From NCBI GenBank assembly GCA_025786725.1, contig JAHLTZ010000018.1, forward strand, positions 434,001 to 498,000: a stretch of 64,000 nt of DNA, given 5' to 3'. Under the pieces are notes generated by a model. It was not told the DNA's origin and ran no database searches. It worked only from the letters and a program-made list of their open reading frames with translations. The DNA is from Syncephalis fuscata S228. Lineage: Eukaryota > Fungi > Zoopagomycota. The translations under genes and the position numbers were made by a program. How positions within the stretch are numbered: the stretch's first letter is position 1; every line of letters starts with the position of its first letter. This document shows positions 36,501 through 49,956 of the stretch, one piece after another.

Positions 36501-39500
36501 TTATTACATCACAGCAAGAAGTACAATTTTATTTGAGTTTGCTTAATCAACAATTACCGATTGAAAGCCAACTTGTGTCGCGTTTGGCCGATTCATTAAA
36601 CGCAGAAATTGTTCTTGGTACCATAAGAAATAGAGACGAGGCTGTCCAATGGCTAAGTTACAGCTATTTATACATTCGCATGTTGCGTAACGGACCATTA
36701 TACGGTATATCGCCCGAAGAAGCCATCGATGATCCGTATCTCGAACAGCGTCGTGCTGATCTTATCCATGCAGCTTCTACACAGCTTGATCGATCGCAGC
36801 TTGTTCGTTATGATAGAAAGACGGGCAAGCTACAAACGACTGAACTAGGCCGTATTGCCGCTCACTATTACATTTCACATGGATCGATGGCCAACTATAA
36901 CCAACATTTACGACCACAAATATCGCAAATGGAACTATTCCGTGTATTTGCTCTTTCAGAAGAGTTCCGCTACATTCCAGTACGTGAAGAAGAGAAGCTA
37001 GAGCTGTCAAAGCTATTGGAACGTGTACCCGTGCCAGTTAAAGAAGGTCTTGAAGAGCCAACGGCCAAGATTAACGTATTACTACAAGCTTATATATCAC
37101 AATTAAAACTGGAAGGATTTGCCCTAGTAGCCGATATGGTGTATGTAACACAGAGTGCCGGTCGACTTTTACGTGCACTATTTGAAATATGTTTACGACG
37201 TGGCTGGTCTCAATTAGCACGCCGTGCTTTAGATTTGTGTAAAATGGTTGAAAAACGCCAATGGCTTTCCATGTCGCCATTACGCCAATTCCGACAAGTG
37301 CCAGCCGAACTTATACGTAAACTTGAACGTAAAGAATTTCCCTGGGAGCGTATGCACGATCTTAGTATTGAAGAACTTGAACAGCTGGTCAATGTACCAC
37401 GAGCTGGTCGTATTTTACATCGTGCGATACATCAACTGCCACGTCTTGAATTACAAGCACACGTCCAGCCAGTTACTCGATCATTATTGCGCGTCGAACT
37501 TACTATCACGCCCGATTTCCAATGGGATGAAAAGGTTCATGGTGCAGCTGAAGCCTTTTGGATATTGGCTGAAGACGCAGATGGTGAAATCATTCTCTAT
37601 CAAGATATCTTTTTATTAAAACAGCGCTACGCTGAAGAAGAACACACTGTTACGTTTACTGTACCACTCTTTGAGCCAATGCCGCCCAACTATTTCATTT
37701 CGCTAGTATCTGATCGTTGGCTACGTTCGGAGACTCGACTACCCGTTTCATTTAAACGACTTATTTTACCAGAAAAGTATGCGCCACATACTGAACTATT
37801 AGACTTGCAGCCATTGCCTGTCTCAGCACTGCGTGATCCAATCTATGAAGCAATCTACGCTGGTTGGGCCAACCAATTTAATCCAGTGCAAACGCAAACA
37901 TTTAATGCACTTTACGGCACCGATGCCAATACACTTATTGGTGCAGCGGCAGGTAGTGGCAAAACAATTGCTGTTGAATTTGCACTATTACGCTTGTGGA
38001 AGCAAAACAATGGTGCCCGTTGTGTCTATGTTGCACCTGTCCAAGAATTGTCGATGCACGTGTACGTGAATGGCGTCGTCGATTTGTTTCGCTCGACAAA
38101 CGTATTGTGGCATTGACTGGTGAGACAACGGCTGATTTGAAACTACTTGAACAAGGCGATATTATCGGCTGTACACCCGAACAATGGGATGTTATATCTC
38201 GTCGATGGCGCCAACGTAAACTTGTTCAATCAGTTCGATTGTTCATCGCCGACGAAATCCATTTAATGGGTGGCGATCGTGGCGGTCCTACTTATGAAGT
38301 TGTTGTATCACGTATGCGCTATATTGCTGCGCAAACTGGCCAGGCCATTCGTATTGTAGCATTAGGTGCATCCATTGCCAATGCACGCGATATTGCTGAA
38401 TGGATTGGTGCATCTGCGCAACATACATTTAATTTCCATCCTATGGTGCGTCCAGTACCGCTTGAAGTCCATCTACAAAGCTATGCTGTACCGCATTTCG
38501 CTTCATTGATGCTTGCTATGACCCGTCCAGCTTATCAAGCGATTCTACAATCATCGTCGGCGAATCGACCAGCTCTTATCTTTGTGCCATCACGTAAACA
38601 ATGTCGATTAACAGCAGCCGATCTATTAATGTACGCTGCAGCTGATAATGAACCAGATCGTTTCCTTGGCTGCCAGTCAGAAGAGCTTAAAGCACATTTG
38701 ACGCAATTAACCGATGCTACGCTAGCCGCAACACTTGAGCATGGTATTGGCTACTATCACGAAGCGTTATCAACAACCGATAAACGTATTATCGAGCGAC
38801 TTTATACAGCTGGTGCTCTACAAGTACTTGTGGCAAGTAAAGATACATGTTGGGGCATGTCACTGGCCGCCCATCTAGTTATTGTCATGGGTACACAGTC
38901 GTATGAAGGTCGTGGACATCGCTACATCGATTATCCAATGGCCGATGTACTGCAAATGATGGGACGTGCCTGTCGTACTGGCCAATCAACTGGCCGGTGT
39001 ATTCTTATGTGCCAGACATCAAAGAAGGAATTTTATAAGAAATTCTTACATGAAGCATTACCAATTGAATCACATCTTGATCATTTCTTACACGATCATT
39101 TCAATGCGGAAATCGTTACACGCACCATTGAAAGCAAACAGGATGCAGTCGACTGGCTTACTTGGACGTTTTTGTATCGCCGTATGACCCGCAATCCAAA
39201 TTACTACGGTTTGCAAGGTGTAACGCATCGTCATTTGTCCGATCATCTATCGGAACTTGTTGAATCAACACTTAACGATCTAGTGACGGCACGCTGTATT
39301 AGCATTGGCGATGAAGAAGATGAGGACGATGCCGAGGCAGTGGAGGAAGTGACTCCATTGAATCTGGGTATGATTGCTGCTTATTACAACATTCATTATG
39401 CAACAGTTGAAATGTTTGGCGCTTCATTAAAGGCCACAAGTAAACTACGTGGTTTATTAGAAATTATATCGGCTGCATCCGAATTTGAATCACTGCCATT

Positions 39501-40421
39501 GCGTCATCATGAAATTACGGTATTACAACGATTACAAGATCGACTACCGGTCAAATTAACTGCGAAACGACTTGATACACCTGCGGCTAAGGTGAATCTA
39601 CTATTGCAAGCACATTTCTCGCGACTTGAATTACCGGCTGATCTGGCTGGCGATCAACGTATGGTGCTAGAACGTGTGACACCTTTACTACAAGCATGTG
39701 TAGATGTTATTTCAAGTCAAGGCTGGTTATCGCCGGCATTAGCAGCAATGGAACTATCACAGATGTGTGTACAAGCTCAGTGGGACACTGATTCACCATT
39801 AAGACAATTGCCGCACTTTACAATGGATCGTATTAAACGATGTGAATCTGCCGGCGTCGAATTGATCTTTGATGTTGCCGATTTAGACGACGAAAAGCGC
39901 AATCGACTACTGCAACTAAGCGATGATCAAATGCGATCAGTAGCTCGATTTGTTAATCGTTATCCAAGTATTGAAATGGATTACGAATTAGCTGTAGGTG
40001 GCGACGATGAGATGATAAGCCACGGGCTGGTCAACCATGCTATTGTAATATTCAACTTAATCGCGACTATGATGGTGATGAAAACGAGTCGATCGGTCCA
40101 GTCATTGCGCCATTCTTCCCGCGATCCAAGGATGAAGGCTGGTGGCTAGTTATGGGCGATCCAGCCGACCAGACACTTGTGGCGATTAAGCGAGTTACAT
40201 TACAGCGTTCGTTAAAGCTACGTCTTGAATTTACACCCCACCGATCGGGTCCGCTAGCCTACAAGTTGTACTTTATTTGCGATGCTTACCTAGGCTGCGA
40301 TCAAGAATACGACATACAATTGGAGGCGGGCGAAGCACTTGAAGCGTCATCAAGTGAAGAGGAAGATGACGAGGACGAAGAAGATAACAATGAAGACGCA
40401 GCGATGGATACAACAGAATAA
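33502..40421 (+). CDS. BRR2: U5 snRNP 200-kDa helicase Brr2 (three apparent single-base frameshifts)
   Basis: N-terminus [15 protein letters not shown] region, tandem helicase cassettes ([30 protein letters not shown]) and Sec63 domains. Introns 33765-33814 and 35354-35419. Frameshifts near 34195, 38050 and 40010. Confidence 0.97.
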
Positions 40422-41266
40422 CTTGTAACGCGATGATTGAATAAAATTGTGACTACTTATAGCATATTCGTAAATGAATATAATCGATTAACCTATCAAC
40501 ATGTATAACTACATAGTTACCTATTAAACTGTTGTTTAAATTGCAATATTATTAAAAACGTATATAAATAAGTCGGTGGCTAATACAGCGAATTTGTACA
40601 AATGGATAATGATACATTTACTTGGTTAATATTTGTTAGTTACTGGATGCAGATCAAGTATTATTATAAATATAGTAGACTAATTAAATACAATTAAAAG
40701 AAGATTATATGTTTATTGGTGCTAGTTTGCATAGCTGAATAAGTACAGCCAAATGCAAACATGTTGGCAATACAGCAACATGATTAAAAGTCGAATAAAC
40801 CAGACATTAGCAGAGACTTAACATATGAATGAACTAGGCGACAATTGTCAAATGGTTTTGATTTTCATCGAATATATACCTAAAATGTATGGAACTCGTA
40901 GTTTAATTATACCGCCAGTACTAATGTTTTGGAAATGTTGGTTATTCTATGTTTGTAAATAGGTACAATGTATACAATATAATTAATGTACAAATTAATA
41001 ATATTTAATAACATTTACGGTCTATTAGCATAAATTATTTTATTGAGCACGCAGATCAAAATCAAACCCAAATATTAATACTGATTTAGTATTGTTGGTC
41101 CTCTACACTTTTGTTCTCATACTTGTCTTTTAGCCTTCTATTTGTATTAGCACTTGTATGAATGTAACATTGTAAAAAAGCTTGAACATTCTATTATAAT
41201 TTCTAGTATGATATTCTAACACTGCGTTAATTAATTTAATAGCCATACTAAAACATATTATCTAAC

Positions 41267-42008
41267 ATGTCCAACAAAAGACATACACAAGTTGGTAAAT
41301 ACGGCAGCTCTATGAGCAACAAAAAAGACACACCATCTCACCCGGTCAACGTAAACTCGAATGGCAATACTAACAACATTCCGTCGTCTTCATTAACCTC
41401 ATCCGCAACCGCCTTTATGTCTGTTGTTGCTACTTCTGGAACTCAGCATTCGCTCAATGTAACGTTTCCAAATACTCACAGTCCTACTACTGTTCAAGAA
41501 TTGCAAGAAACAGCTATACCAAAAACTCAATACCGTTTCGAGGAACTGCCAATTCCAAAATATAAAAAAAGAGCTCTATAATTGACTGGTTTGACCAATT
41601 CGAGCTAGTAGCCAATCTAAATCGTTGGGACGAGGACGTTCGATGCCGCTGGCTACTTATAGGTTTGAAAGACGAATATTTATACTGGGTAATAAACAAG
41701 CTAGAAGCTTTTGACCAAGATCCGAACAAATTTACTTGCGGGAATTATTCGCACAGTTTTTCCAAGATAGATTTGGCGAAGATATATACGAGAGACGAGA
41801 TCTTGATTTTCGTGAAGTCACTCGGAACAAAGGAGAAACATTCAGTGAATTTCTTTCGCGCGTATCCGACTTGGGTGTTCGGGCTTATGCGAGTGACGAG
41901 GAAATATTGTGTCAATTCCGTTGCTCGATTTCACCAGAACTTAGTATGGTATTGAGTTCCTATAAAGTTAACACTCTCGAAGATCTCAGGCCAGAGGAAG
42001 CGCAGTAG
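41267..42008 (+). mobile_element. Stand-alone Ty3/gypsy-like gag (capsid) frame, two -1 shifts, no pol
   Basis: Joined frame IPKYKK/SIIDWFDQFELVANLNRWDEDVRCRWLLIGLKDEYLYW.../LRELFAQFFQDRF...KGETFSEFLSRV...DEEILCQFRCSISPEL...NTLEDL. Confidence 0.7.
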
Positions 42009-42443
42009 AAACGGTTTATCTTTATTCGTTTAAAGGTAGATAAGAAATAACACGAATGGGAGTATAAATAAATAAATGAATTTGCAGTAATTATATGAGT
42101 GCATAGCTCATAAGCACAATAAGCAAAATAAGTTAAAATTGATAGCAAATACAACTAACAATAAACATAACAGCACTTATTAATAAAACACAAATAGTAT
42201 AGGATAGTATGATATACATTAGAATGGATATAACGTGAATTTATAAATAAAATAAAACATTATATTTATAAAAATATCATGAATATACCAATTATTACCA
42301 CGTAAATGTCTATTAAATTTATTTACACTAATGATCATTAACAAGTCAAATTTGTAAAAAGTGTAAAAATAGAACATGTAAATATAACGACAACCGAATC
42401 AAGACGTAAAATACATACCGCATTTAAATTTTAAACTTGCACT

Positions 42444-43438
42444 ATGAATCATATACACGCTGCTATTAATTCTTCCCTTCATAAACTCCCTTTGTTGCAA
42501 GGTATCGACTATATTCCAGTAATAGATAGTTATGAAGAGACATTTGCTCTTTACACAAGTACAGAAACTGCAGACTGGGTCCATAATCGTAATGTTGACC
42601 AAAAAGCTCCAGCACTAATACTAGATATCAATGGTAAGCGCCAATTGTTTCTGTATAAACACTGCTACGTGTATTAAGTAACGCTTAACTATTTGGTAAA
42701 TTAGTTGGGTCACAACAACATACGCTTGTGTTTCAGCAGGATCGCGGCGTACTTGGTCATAAAGGCACCACCGGTTCAGTTGTTTGGGACTCGAGTGTGA
42801 TACTTGCTCGTTTTTTAGCCAAACACGCTGAACACGGTCTACCTTTACGCAATAAATCATGCATCGAGCTGGGTAGCGGCTGTGGCGTTGTTGGCATTAC
42901 CTGTGCGCGATTAGGCGCAAATGTTTGCCTAACAGATCAGGCATCGATGCTACCATTATTATGGCGCAATGCAAAACAAAATCTACTAACTAATGATAAC
43001 GATAGTAAAGAAGCGTCTCAACAAAAAACAACGACGAAATTAGGCCGTCGAACTCAACAAAAGCAACGTAATACTACTAATAATACAATAACATCTTATG
43101 GATCAATCCAAGTGGCAGAGCTTACTTGGGAGGATCATGGTAGTTCATTGTCTATGGACGAACATACAACATGGCAGTATTTATTTGCTAGCGATTGTGT
43201 CTACAACGAACATATTGTATCGATACTTGTTGGTACAATGAAACAATTAGCACACAAAGATACACTGGTATTGATTGCCCAAGAACTTCGATCAGATACG
43301 GTTCATTTGCGCTTTATTGATGAACTTTTTGCTTATTTTAATATTTGGCGCGTAGTACCAACTAATGAAAGTAGCAGCGAGTCTTTTGCCACTGCCGAAT
43401 CGTGTGTTATTATTTACGTTGCTACATTAAAGATTTAG
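42444..43438 (+). CDS. Protein lysine methyltransferase, METTL21/Methyltransf_16 family (Rkm5-like), 2 exons
   Basis: GTTGSVVWDSS, CIELGSGCG, LTDQ, ELTW, ASDCVYNE. Confidence 0.9.
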
Positions 43439-44749
43439 TATATATTTAATGATGGTCTACAAAAGGCTTTTTGAAATGTACGTTATAAATACGTGTAATT
43501 TGTATGATCACTTCTGTGCTTGTTTACAACATGCTTTATTAAATAAAATATAGCAATACTCGTTTAATAAATGAAATAGCCAACACAACCATCGTGCTGG
43601 CAACCGTGCATATACAACAGTGGCTGTGCATGATGAATGTAGTAGCTGTACGTTGCCAAAATCATTTTATACTTTGGTTTGCCATAGATCACTACTGCAG
43701 ATCGTGCTAACAACAGCTTTTTACAGGCTTGACAGTAGCAGATTGCACTGTCACTGATGAAATTGCAGTACTGTTGCCAAATGACTGGCAATTGCGATCC
43801 GTAGTAAAACAGAGCATACAGCGAGATTTTCGCAGCGTATATTCAATATAACATAAAAACAAGCTAGAAATGCACTTATCATGTTAAAAAAATTGATGAT
43901 ATCAATTATCAGAGTAATAAAGTGATTTATAAAAGATAAGATTAAATAAGAGTAATACAAGTAAATAATGTAAATAGTGTATGTACTTGACTAGTAAGCA
44001 GTCAACTACTAACACTATCTACGTAGCATATATGAAGTGTACAAGTATATGCAATGGATATATGCTGTCAAGTGTAAAGAAAGAGAAAGGGAAATGTGAT
44101 GACGTAGATTGTGAGATGTGAGCCTGTCAGTCAATATTTATAAGACGCGAGTTTAATTGATTAATAAATGCAATGTGCAATAATAAAAGTCAATCTACCC
44201 AGCCATTGATAAATCATAGAACAGATTAATAGTAAATGAATAAATGCAAAATTATTTGACCCACAAAACTACACATTATCATAGAACATGTTGTCAGTAT
44301 AATAACGAGTATAATAAAAGAATAAAAGTTATTTAACGCCAGCAATTATTATCACAAAACTGTTATCAGTAAAACAATGAGTTTAGTAAAATGAAAAGCA
44401 ATGAATAAAGGTCAATTGATTCTAATGACAGTATAATCATAGAACATATTACTAATAAAGACAATAATGCAACGTCATTTATTTTAGTAGGTGAAACGAT
44501 GACATACTAGCTTAAATAAATAAATATGCTATACATAAAATAGTCGAATAAACATGCATGTAATAGATTGTGCTTCACTATAAGCATAATATTTACTAGG
44601 TGTCACCATTGATTGGACACGAGCGCTGTTTTATTCACTGGACAGCGAATACTCGCTGTGTTATTTTCGTTCTCATTCTTATTCATTACTTGCTAGCCCA
44701 TATTTTAATTACCACTATTTTATTATTGCAGCTCGCAGCCATACTAACT

Positions 44750-45803
44750 ATGGAAAATAGTGCTTCTCCATTAACCGTATGGGTCGTAAGACACGGGGAA
44801 CGGTCCGACCATGCGGACCCACACTGGACGCTATCAACAGAAGGGCAGCGTGTGCCTTACGACCCTCCACTGACTGAGCTAGGTATCCAACAAGCACATA
44901 CTACGGGGCTCATTTACGCTTATTGCCAGACGAGTATTCCACATACCGGCCAGTATTGGGAAACACGGCAACAAAGAAGCCGAACTCTTTTAATGCAAAA
45001 GTATCAATCCCGCACGAATCAAATCCATCGAGCGTCGAATCATCTGAATGGATTAAGCCATTTGTAGAAACATCAGCAGGCTATGCCGCTAAACCATCGC
45101 GCTATCTTATTCTATGCTCACCATTTGAACGATGTATTCAAACAGCTGAAGCAATTGCTAAAGGTCTACGGGCAACAACCAACGCAACATACGATCAGCA
45201 TCAAAATGTTGGTGTGGCTGTTGAGCCGGCCTTAGCTGAATGGCACACAGAAATGTACTATGCCCAGGCTGTGCCAGACACAATTATTGATGAAGCTGCT
45301 CAACGTCATCCACATCTATTCGCCGGCCGCGAATACCAATTAACTGATCGATTGCCCAAATACTCGAGACACTAGGCGAACTATACAATCGTGTGCGATT
45401 TACACTTGAGCAATTAAAGTCTAGAGCCACTGATGGTCGTTTACTCGACTGGTATAAATGTTCGATAAACGACAAGTATAGATCGCTACCACCATATCCA
45501 CAAGGACCACGCCGTATTGATCTAGGCCTTGTTAAAACATCCAGTAGTAGTAGTAGTATTAGTAATAATAGTAATGATACTGATAATGATGATAATGAGC
45601 TACCCATCGTTATTTTTGTTACGCACGGACGATGGTTGTTAACTGCCATGGAAATCGGGTGCAATAAAGCACTCATAGGCTACGGTGTGTCTTACTGTGC
45701 CATCTGTCGGCTCAGTCGATCGCTGGCGTTGCCTGAAAGTGAGTTTGGATGGGAACTTGAGCAAATGGGATCAAATCGACATCTTCGAGATCATATGATC
45801 TAG
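44750..45803 (+). CDS. Histidine phosphatase / phosphoglycerate-mutase-like protein (two apparent frameshifts)
   Basis: VWVVRHGERSD, YDPPLTELGIQQA, SPFERCIQTA, VEPALAEW, IFVTHG, SYCAI. Confidence 0.88.
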
Positions 45804-47542
45804 TAAACAAGCAAATAATAGCGATAATAATAATTATCATCAAAGTATTTACTTTAACACCACTTTTTATATAATAAATATATTTAATGCACTTTTGATT
45901 TAGTACCGTTATATGTTTACTAGGCACTTTACTGAGTCATTATCTTTACTCTATATCATTCTATCATCTAATGGCTAGAAACTATCAATAAAAGGCTGCG
46001 TGTTTATTGCTAACTTATTTATTATAGATTCTGACTCACTCTGCTTATTTGGTCATATACACTATTCCACTATTATCTATAAATTATCCTAATAATGACC
46101 ATTATTTATACCATTATAAAATAAATACTATTGAAAATGTTATATTTAGCAAGTTTCCACTGAACTGCGTAAATCGTAGTACTTGATAAATCATAAATGC
46201 AGCAATGTTCGTAGCAATCATATAGCATTGCTTCAATGTCCAGGTAACCAATCTAATTCGTTCTTAAACTGCCTCGTATCCGGCAGAATAGCCAAGTACA
46301 TAATGGGAATCCAGCTGCCAACACTAGCCTTGTTATAGCTTGTATAGAACAAGGTTGCCTTAGGCACTACGGCGATTTACTGTTTTGTTAAAAAAGCAAA
46401 TAAATTGTCATTGTCGTCATCGCTTGATTGGTTCACAATTTACCTTGGATTAGCCTAACTGTCGTCAGCACAATTTGTCACCTTGGCAAAGGCCTACAAT
46501 CTTTCTATCGATAATACGTCATTTATGCTATGCCTTGTGCCTTGAAAATGTTTACCAATGATAATCGAAATTAATTGATATTGAGTATTGTTGTTAATAA
46601 TAGTAATAAATTAACGATGGCAATAATAACAATTTGATAATAATAATATTAACAATATAGCAATGATAGCAATGATAGTAACAATAGTAATAATAGCAAT
46701 AATAATAGCAGTAAAAGTAAAGGCAGTATCTTACTCTGATATCACCTTAATATTTATTAAACTGCAGTTCAAATGAATGGTACTACACATTACGGTATTT
46801 GTGCTATCGAGTAAGCATGTAAATACGCAATGTTTTTGTTCTAGTGGTTGAACTCATTCTCTATCGGCTCTAGAATAGCTCTCAAGGACGCCTTTGCTTT
46901 CATACAAGGCAGATAATTCTGAACAGTTGCGTTTGTGTCACGACTCTGGCCAATCATTGGTGCTGCAGCACGCTTGACTGCATGGTGCAAGGCACATCCT
47001 GTTCATTTATCCACTTGCCGTTGTGTGTACATATTGCATGATGGGGCCACGTTCATTGTCACGGCCATGAGATCGAATGTCGTCGAATAAGACGCCAGAT
47101 TAGGAAAAAAATAACCATCATTGTGTTGATATTCTTTTTGGTGCGGCTAGTAGATCTACATCCAATCGACGACAATGCCGCTCCCCGCGTCTATTAGCAC
47201 GAGGCCTTGGTATATGAAATAAATAAGAGCGACTCTTGAATGTTTGTCCGCTCGGTATCGTCATCAGCAGTTGCTCAGTTTTGTTGCCTTTGTTTTGTTT
47301 CGTTTAGTATTTGTACCCTTGTTTTCTTCGACGACACCTTATTATTATAATCAACTTATTAATTATTGATAATACGTCTATTTAGTATCATCATTAGATA
47401 TTGATCCAATTTTCTACCGAGTAGATCAAAGCACTAAGCATCAATACCTGGGCTATTGCTGCTATTTTGTTTTATTATTATTTCTGTTGTCATTTTGACT
47501 ATAGAACCACGTTAACCTAGTTTTTAATTCATTAATTTGGTT

Positions 47543-49465
47543 ATGAGTCAGTCGGCTAGCTGCAGCGGTGAATTTGATATTAGTGGATATAATAGTTATT
47601 CAGACTACATATTCCGTCCGGGTCGTCTCTGCCTATCCTACCTATCCGTCACTGGCCACTAAAAAGAATATGCACTGTAAAGCTGATCAAATGGGCACCA
47701 AAGAAGGCTGGCCATATCTAAACATGTCGTTGGATGATACCGGCCTACTTTATTGCAAAAGCTTTAATATCGATGTTCTAACATCGATTGATCCAAATAC
47801 ACGTAGTGACATATTGCCTCTACCAAGCCATGAGTCTGGTAAGTATCAATTAACTAATACCAGTTACGGCGGCTGACATGGCCGATAGCAATTGATGCTA
47901 TTGCCTCATCGGTGGTTCAAGAAAGACAGCTGAGATTTGGTGGCCGCCTTAATCACGTAGAAACAAGCGAGGCGGAATTTGTGGCTCAGCTAGAGCACCT
48001 GCGCGACTTTTACATGCAGCCATTACTTGGACAGAAGCCATTGAGACGCTCTATCCGTGCACGTGTATTCAGTTTTGACCAATTAGCGGCACTGTTCCAA
48101 AAGGGCGGCTCTTTGTCAACTTCGTGCAATATTCGACGCACCCATAGCAATGGAACCGATAGCACTGCGGATTCAGACAGCGAGCGTGAACATGTCAAGC
48201 CAGCAGGCATTTGTAGTATCCTGAAAGGATTACATCGCCAGTCAAATGCTTGTTCCGAACACAAACTGGATAGCAAGGCAATCTATCACCCAACAGCACA
48301 GAACGAACGTATTGTGTCGGCATCATTTGATCACTTATTTAAAATGATTGAGCTACATAGCAGTTTTCTAAGTGCGCTAAAGGAAGCGTAAGTAGAATAA
48401 TCTATACAGATGTCGGCCAAGCTAACTCTTATTTCTTTAGACATCCGGTAGATCTACAGCCAAGTCGACTAGCTGCATTATTTATGGAACACGTAAGTAG
48501 ATAATAATATATATAAACTTTAACAACTTACCATTAGTTTACTAATAGATTCCACATCTCCATTTGCACTTTGCTCATGCCAATATACTTGCCGCAACAT
48601 TAAACAGCTTTGAAACATTGGCTTTTAACGACGAGAAACTTGCACGTACTATTAAGGTAAATGACGCACTTGCTACCACGTCGATAGTAGTATTAATTTG
48701 TTTATTTGTTTATTCTAGATGCGAGACCAGGCCTCGTTGTCCGAGAATCTACGTTCACTGTTAATCAGTATTCCCGCAGCACGTATTTGGTATTATGGCT
48801 CTGTGTTGCAAACAATGTACTCCCGCTTGTCCCAATCTGTCAATGACCCAATTCTAGAACAGCTTGAATGGTGCCTCGACAACCTCGAATCAATTGCACG
48901 TCGCATGTGGCCAGTGTGAGTAAACTTTTAAAAATAAATAGACCATCACTAACGCTTAATATAATGCTTAGACTAATGAAAATTGGCAATGTACAACGCG
49001 TGGCCCTGCTACAACGAAATATTGTTGGCATTAAAGAGTCGATCCTATCATCGTCCAATCAACGCATTATTTATATGGACACTATAGATAATCGAACATT
49101 TAATCAGTCTGAAGAATGGCAAACATCATTTGCCGTTCTACTAAGCGATCGGCTTTTATTGCTTAAAGAAACAGGCCGTCGTAAGAATCGCATTGTTCTT
49201 AAGGTATGCAATGACGCTTTATCTAGCTTTAACGTCATCTAATCCAACTTTACTGCTATAGTCCTCCATATGTCTAAAAGACGCATCACTTTTCCCAGCT
49301 CAAAAAATACTGGGCAAATCGGTCAATGGATTCTTTGTACGCCTTTCTAATTCGAACTGCATCCAGCTTCGAGTATCTAATGAACATGCCTTTAACAAAT
49401 GGTACCAGATGTTCAAAATCACCGGTAGTCTTCGAAACTTTTCATCGGAACTCAATAACATTTAA
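47543..49465 (+). CDS. Dbl-homology (RhoGEF-like) DH-PH protein, multi-exon; start uncertain
   Basis: VETSEAEFVAQLEHLRDFYMQPL, MIELHSSFLSALKE, LRSLLISIPAARIWYY. PH-like AVLLSDRLLLLKE...AFNKWYQMF. Confidence 0.75.
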
Positions 49466-49956
49466 AACGAACGAACCTACAACTGTATAACATAATAATA
49501 TCCGCGTGTAAGCTGGAGCCCTTCAAGCATAGCCAGCTGCTGTTTAAGTACCTTTCATTGCATCCACCACCTAAATTATAGAAGAAATTTCGACTGCTTC
49601 AGGGTCGATAAAAATTTTGTATTGATTAGAAGATCATAGACACGTTGATTCAATTATATTTACAATTCAACATCAAGAATTACCACATTTTCAAATAGAA
49701 TAAAGTGCACATTTAGAATTTGTATATTTTGTTGTATCATTACATTTTAGTAGCCATTTACGCAATTAAATATGCTGATCAATGGTATTCTAATTAAAAC
49801 CACACAATGGCCTTATTAGCTATTATAGATGGCCACTATCAAATGAGTTGATTCGTTATAATCTAGATGTTAATAAAAACAATAAGCACTAAAATTTATT
49901 TCTAATACAGCTGATAATACTATAGCAGATGTCTATTTGAATCTGTTTTCAGTTTA

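Noticed and set aside
33502-40421. BRR2 as a pseudogene or split genes
   Set aside because: The sequence is fully conserved and the only lesions are three 1-nt deletions, consistent with consensus error.
41096-41110. TGGTCCTCTACAC as a PBS for the solitary gag
   Set aside because: Not preceded by an LTR-terminal CA, and no tRNA match that I can support.
43564-43960. Possible small Cys-containing gene on the minus strand
   Set aside because: No coherent frame, signal peptide or splice model could be built.
46590-46720. AAT/AGC-rich repeat tract (similar at 33035-33100)
   Set aside because: Ordinary low-complexity sequence with no ORF or structure.
49806-49838. AATGGCC...GATGGCCACT resembling the middle omegaRNA-candidate hairpin
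   Set aside because: Short match with a different loop, no flanking stems and no Fanzor sequence; likely chance.
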